64,000 bases of DNA from an uncultured Pseudomonadota bacterium (GTDB taxonomy: Bacteria; Pseudomonadota; Alphaproteobacteria; Rhizobiales; Beijerinckiaceae): NCBI GenBank assembly GCA_963780825.1, contig CAWADL010000024.1, positions 18,850 to 82,849 of the forward strand. Reading direction: 5' to 3'. The notes under the pieces were generated by a model. That model ran no database searches. It was not told the DNA's origin and saw nothing but the letters and a program-made list of their open reading frames with translations. The position numbers and the translations under genes were made by a program. Below, piece by piece: positions 63,372 through 64,000 of the stretch (within the stretch, counting starts at the first letter, position 1; every line of letters starts with the position of its first letter).

Positions 63372-64000
63372 CTACAAATACCCCAGCGCGCCGCGCGCGG
63401 CCGCAACGCCCGTCGAAAAGCACGCCTGCAACAGATAGCCGCCAGTCGGCGCTTCCCAGTCGATCATTTCGCCGGCGACGAACACGCCGGGCAGCGCCTT
63501 CAGCATGAAGCGCTCGTCAATCGCTGCCCAACGCACCCCGCCCGCGCTGGAGATCGCGCGCTCCAGTCCCGCGACACCGGCCACGCGGACCGGACAGGCT
63601 TTTGCGAGGGCCGCCAGGGCGTGCGGATCCGACGGCAGCTCGCCCGCCTCGCGCATCAGCCCGGCGCCGACGGGCGAAATCCCGGCTTTCGCAAGTTTGG
63701 TCGAGCGCGAAGCGCGCGGGCTTCGCGAGAGCCGCTCGACCAGGGCCGCTTCGCTGCGATCTGGCGCGAGATCGACCTTAAGCTCTGCAGCGCCCGCGCG
63801 TTCGACCGCGCCGCGCGCAGCCGCCGACAGCGCGTAGATCGCCCCGCCTTCGAGGCCAGTCGCCGTGACGATCGCCTCCGCGCGCGAGGCGATCTCGCCT
63901 AGCGACCAGCGCGCGGCCTTGATCGGCTGCCCGGCGAATCGCGAATGGAACGTCTCCGACCAATCAACCCTAAGCCCCATGTTCGCCGGGGCCAGCGCCG
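63372..64000 (-). CDS. HI0933/BaiN-like flavoprotein, C-terminal part
   Basis: GLEGGAIYA, AISSAGGV and AGEMIDWEAPTGGYLLQACFSTG; the 5' end lies outside the window. Confidence 0.87.
   Translation of the reverse strand, partial: ALAPANMGLRVDWSETFHSRFAGQPIKAARWSLGEIASRAEAIVTATGLEGGAIYALSAAARGAVERAGAAELKVDLAPDRSEAALVERLSRSPRASRSTKLAKAGISPVGAGLMREAGELPSDPHALAALAKACPVRVAGVAGLERAISSAGGVRWAAIDERFMLKALPGVFVAGEMIDWEAPTGGYLLQACFSTGVAAARGALGYL

Overview
GC-rich chromosomal segment of an alphaproteobacterium, most likely Hyphomicrobiales/Rhizobiales (inferred from class I LysRS, MucR/Ros, a SAM-II/alpha-type leader before metZ, and the fabD-fabG-acpP-fabF-mltG order). Genes are mostly housekeeping or metabolic: lysS (5' part), prmA, an IlvD/Edd-family dehydratase, amn, puuD and allantoate amidohydrolase, rpmE, oxyR-katG, a glycosyltransferase locus, metZ, argJ-mutT, ruvX, PBP1A, a partial acyl-CoA ligase/ABC operon, pssA-psd, infA-maf-yacG, mucR, rlmB, the fab cluster and rpsT. 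About 19 genes are broken by single-base indels, mostly insertions with no clear nonsense substitutions, which most likely reflects unpolished long-read consensus. The main interest is non-coding. At least eight families of palindromic REP-like repeats are present, and they form nested structures. A ~204-bp non-autonomous MITE has CATAGGCGCTAAC ends (IS186/IS231-like, IS4 family) and 11-bp target duplications; it sits inside one arm of a GTAG-type REP and itself carries a different REP hairpin. A second, degenerate element appears to share those ends but carries another REP family. One locus shows an adjacent duplication bounded by a MITE end. Two 54-bp REPs sit in frame inside proteins (OxyR and a GT4 linker). 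Two of three toxin-antitoxin loci have deleted toxins but retained antitoxins. No transposase, CRISPR array, tRNA or rRNA was recognised.
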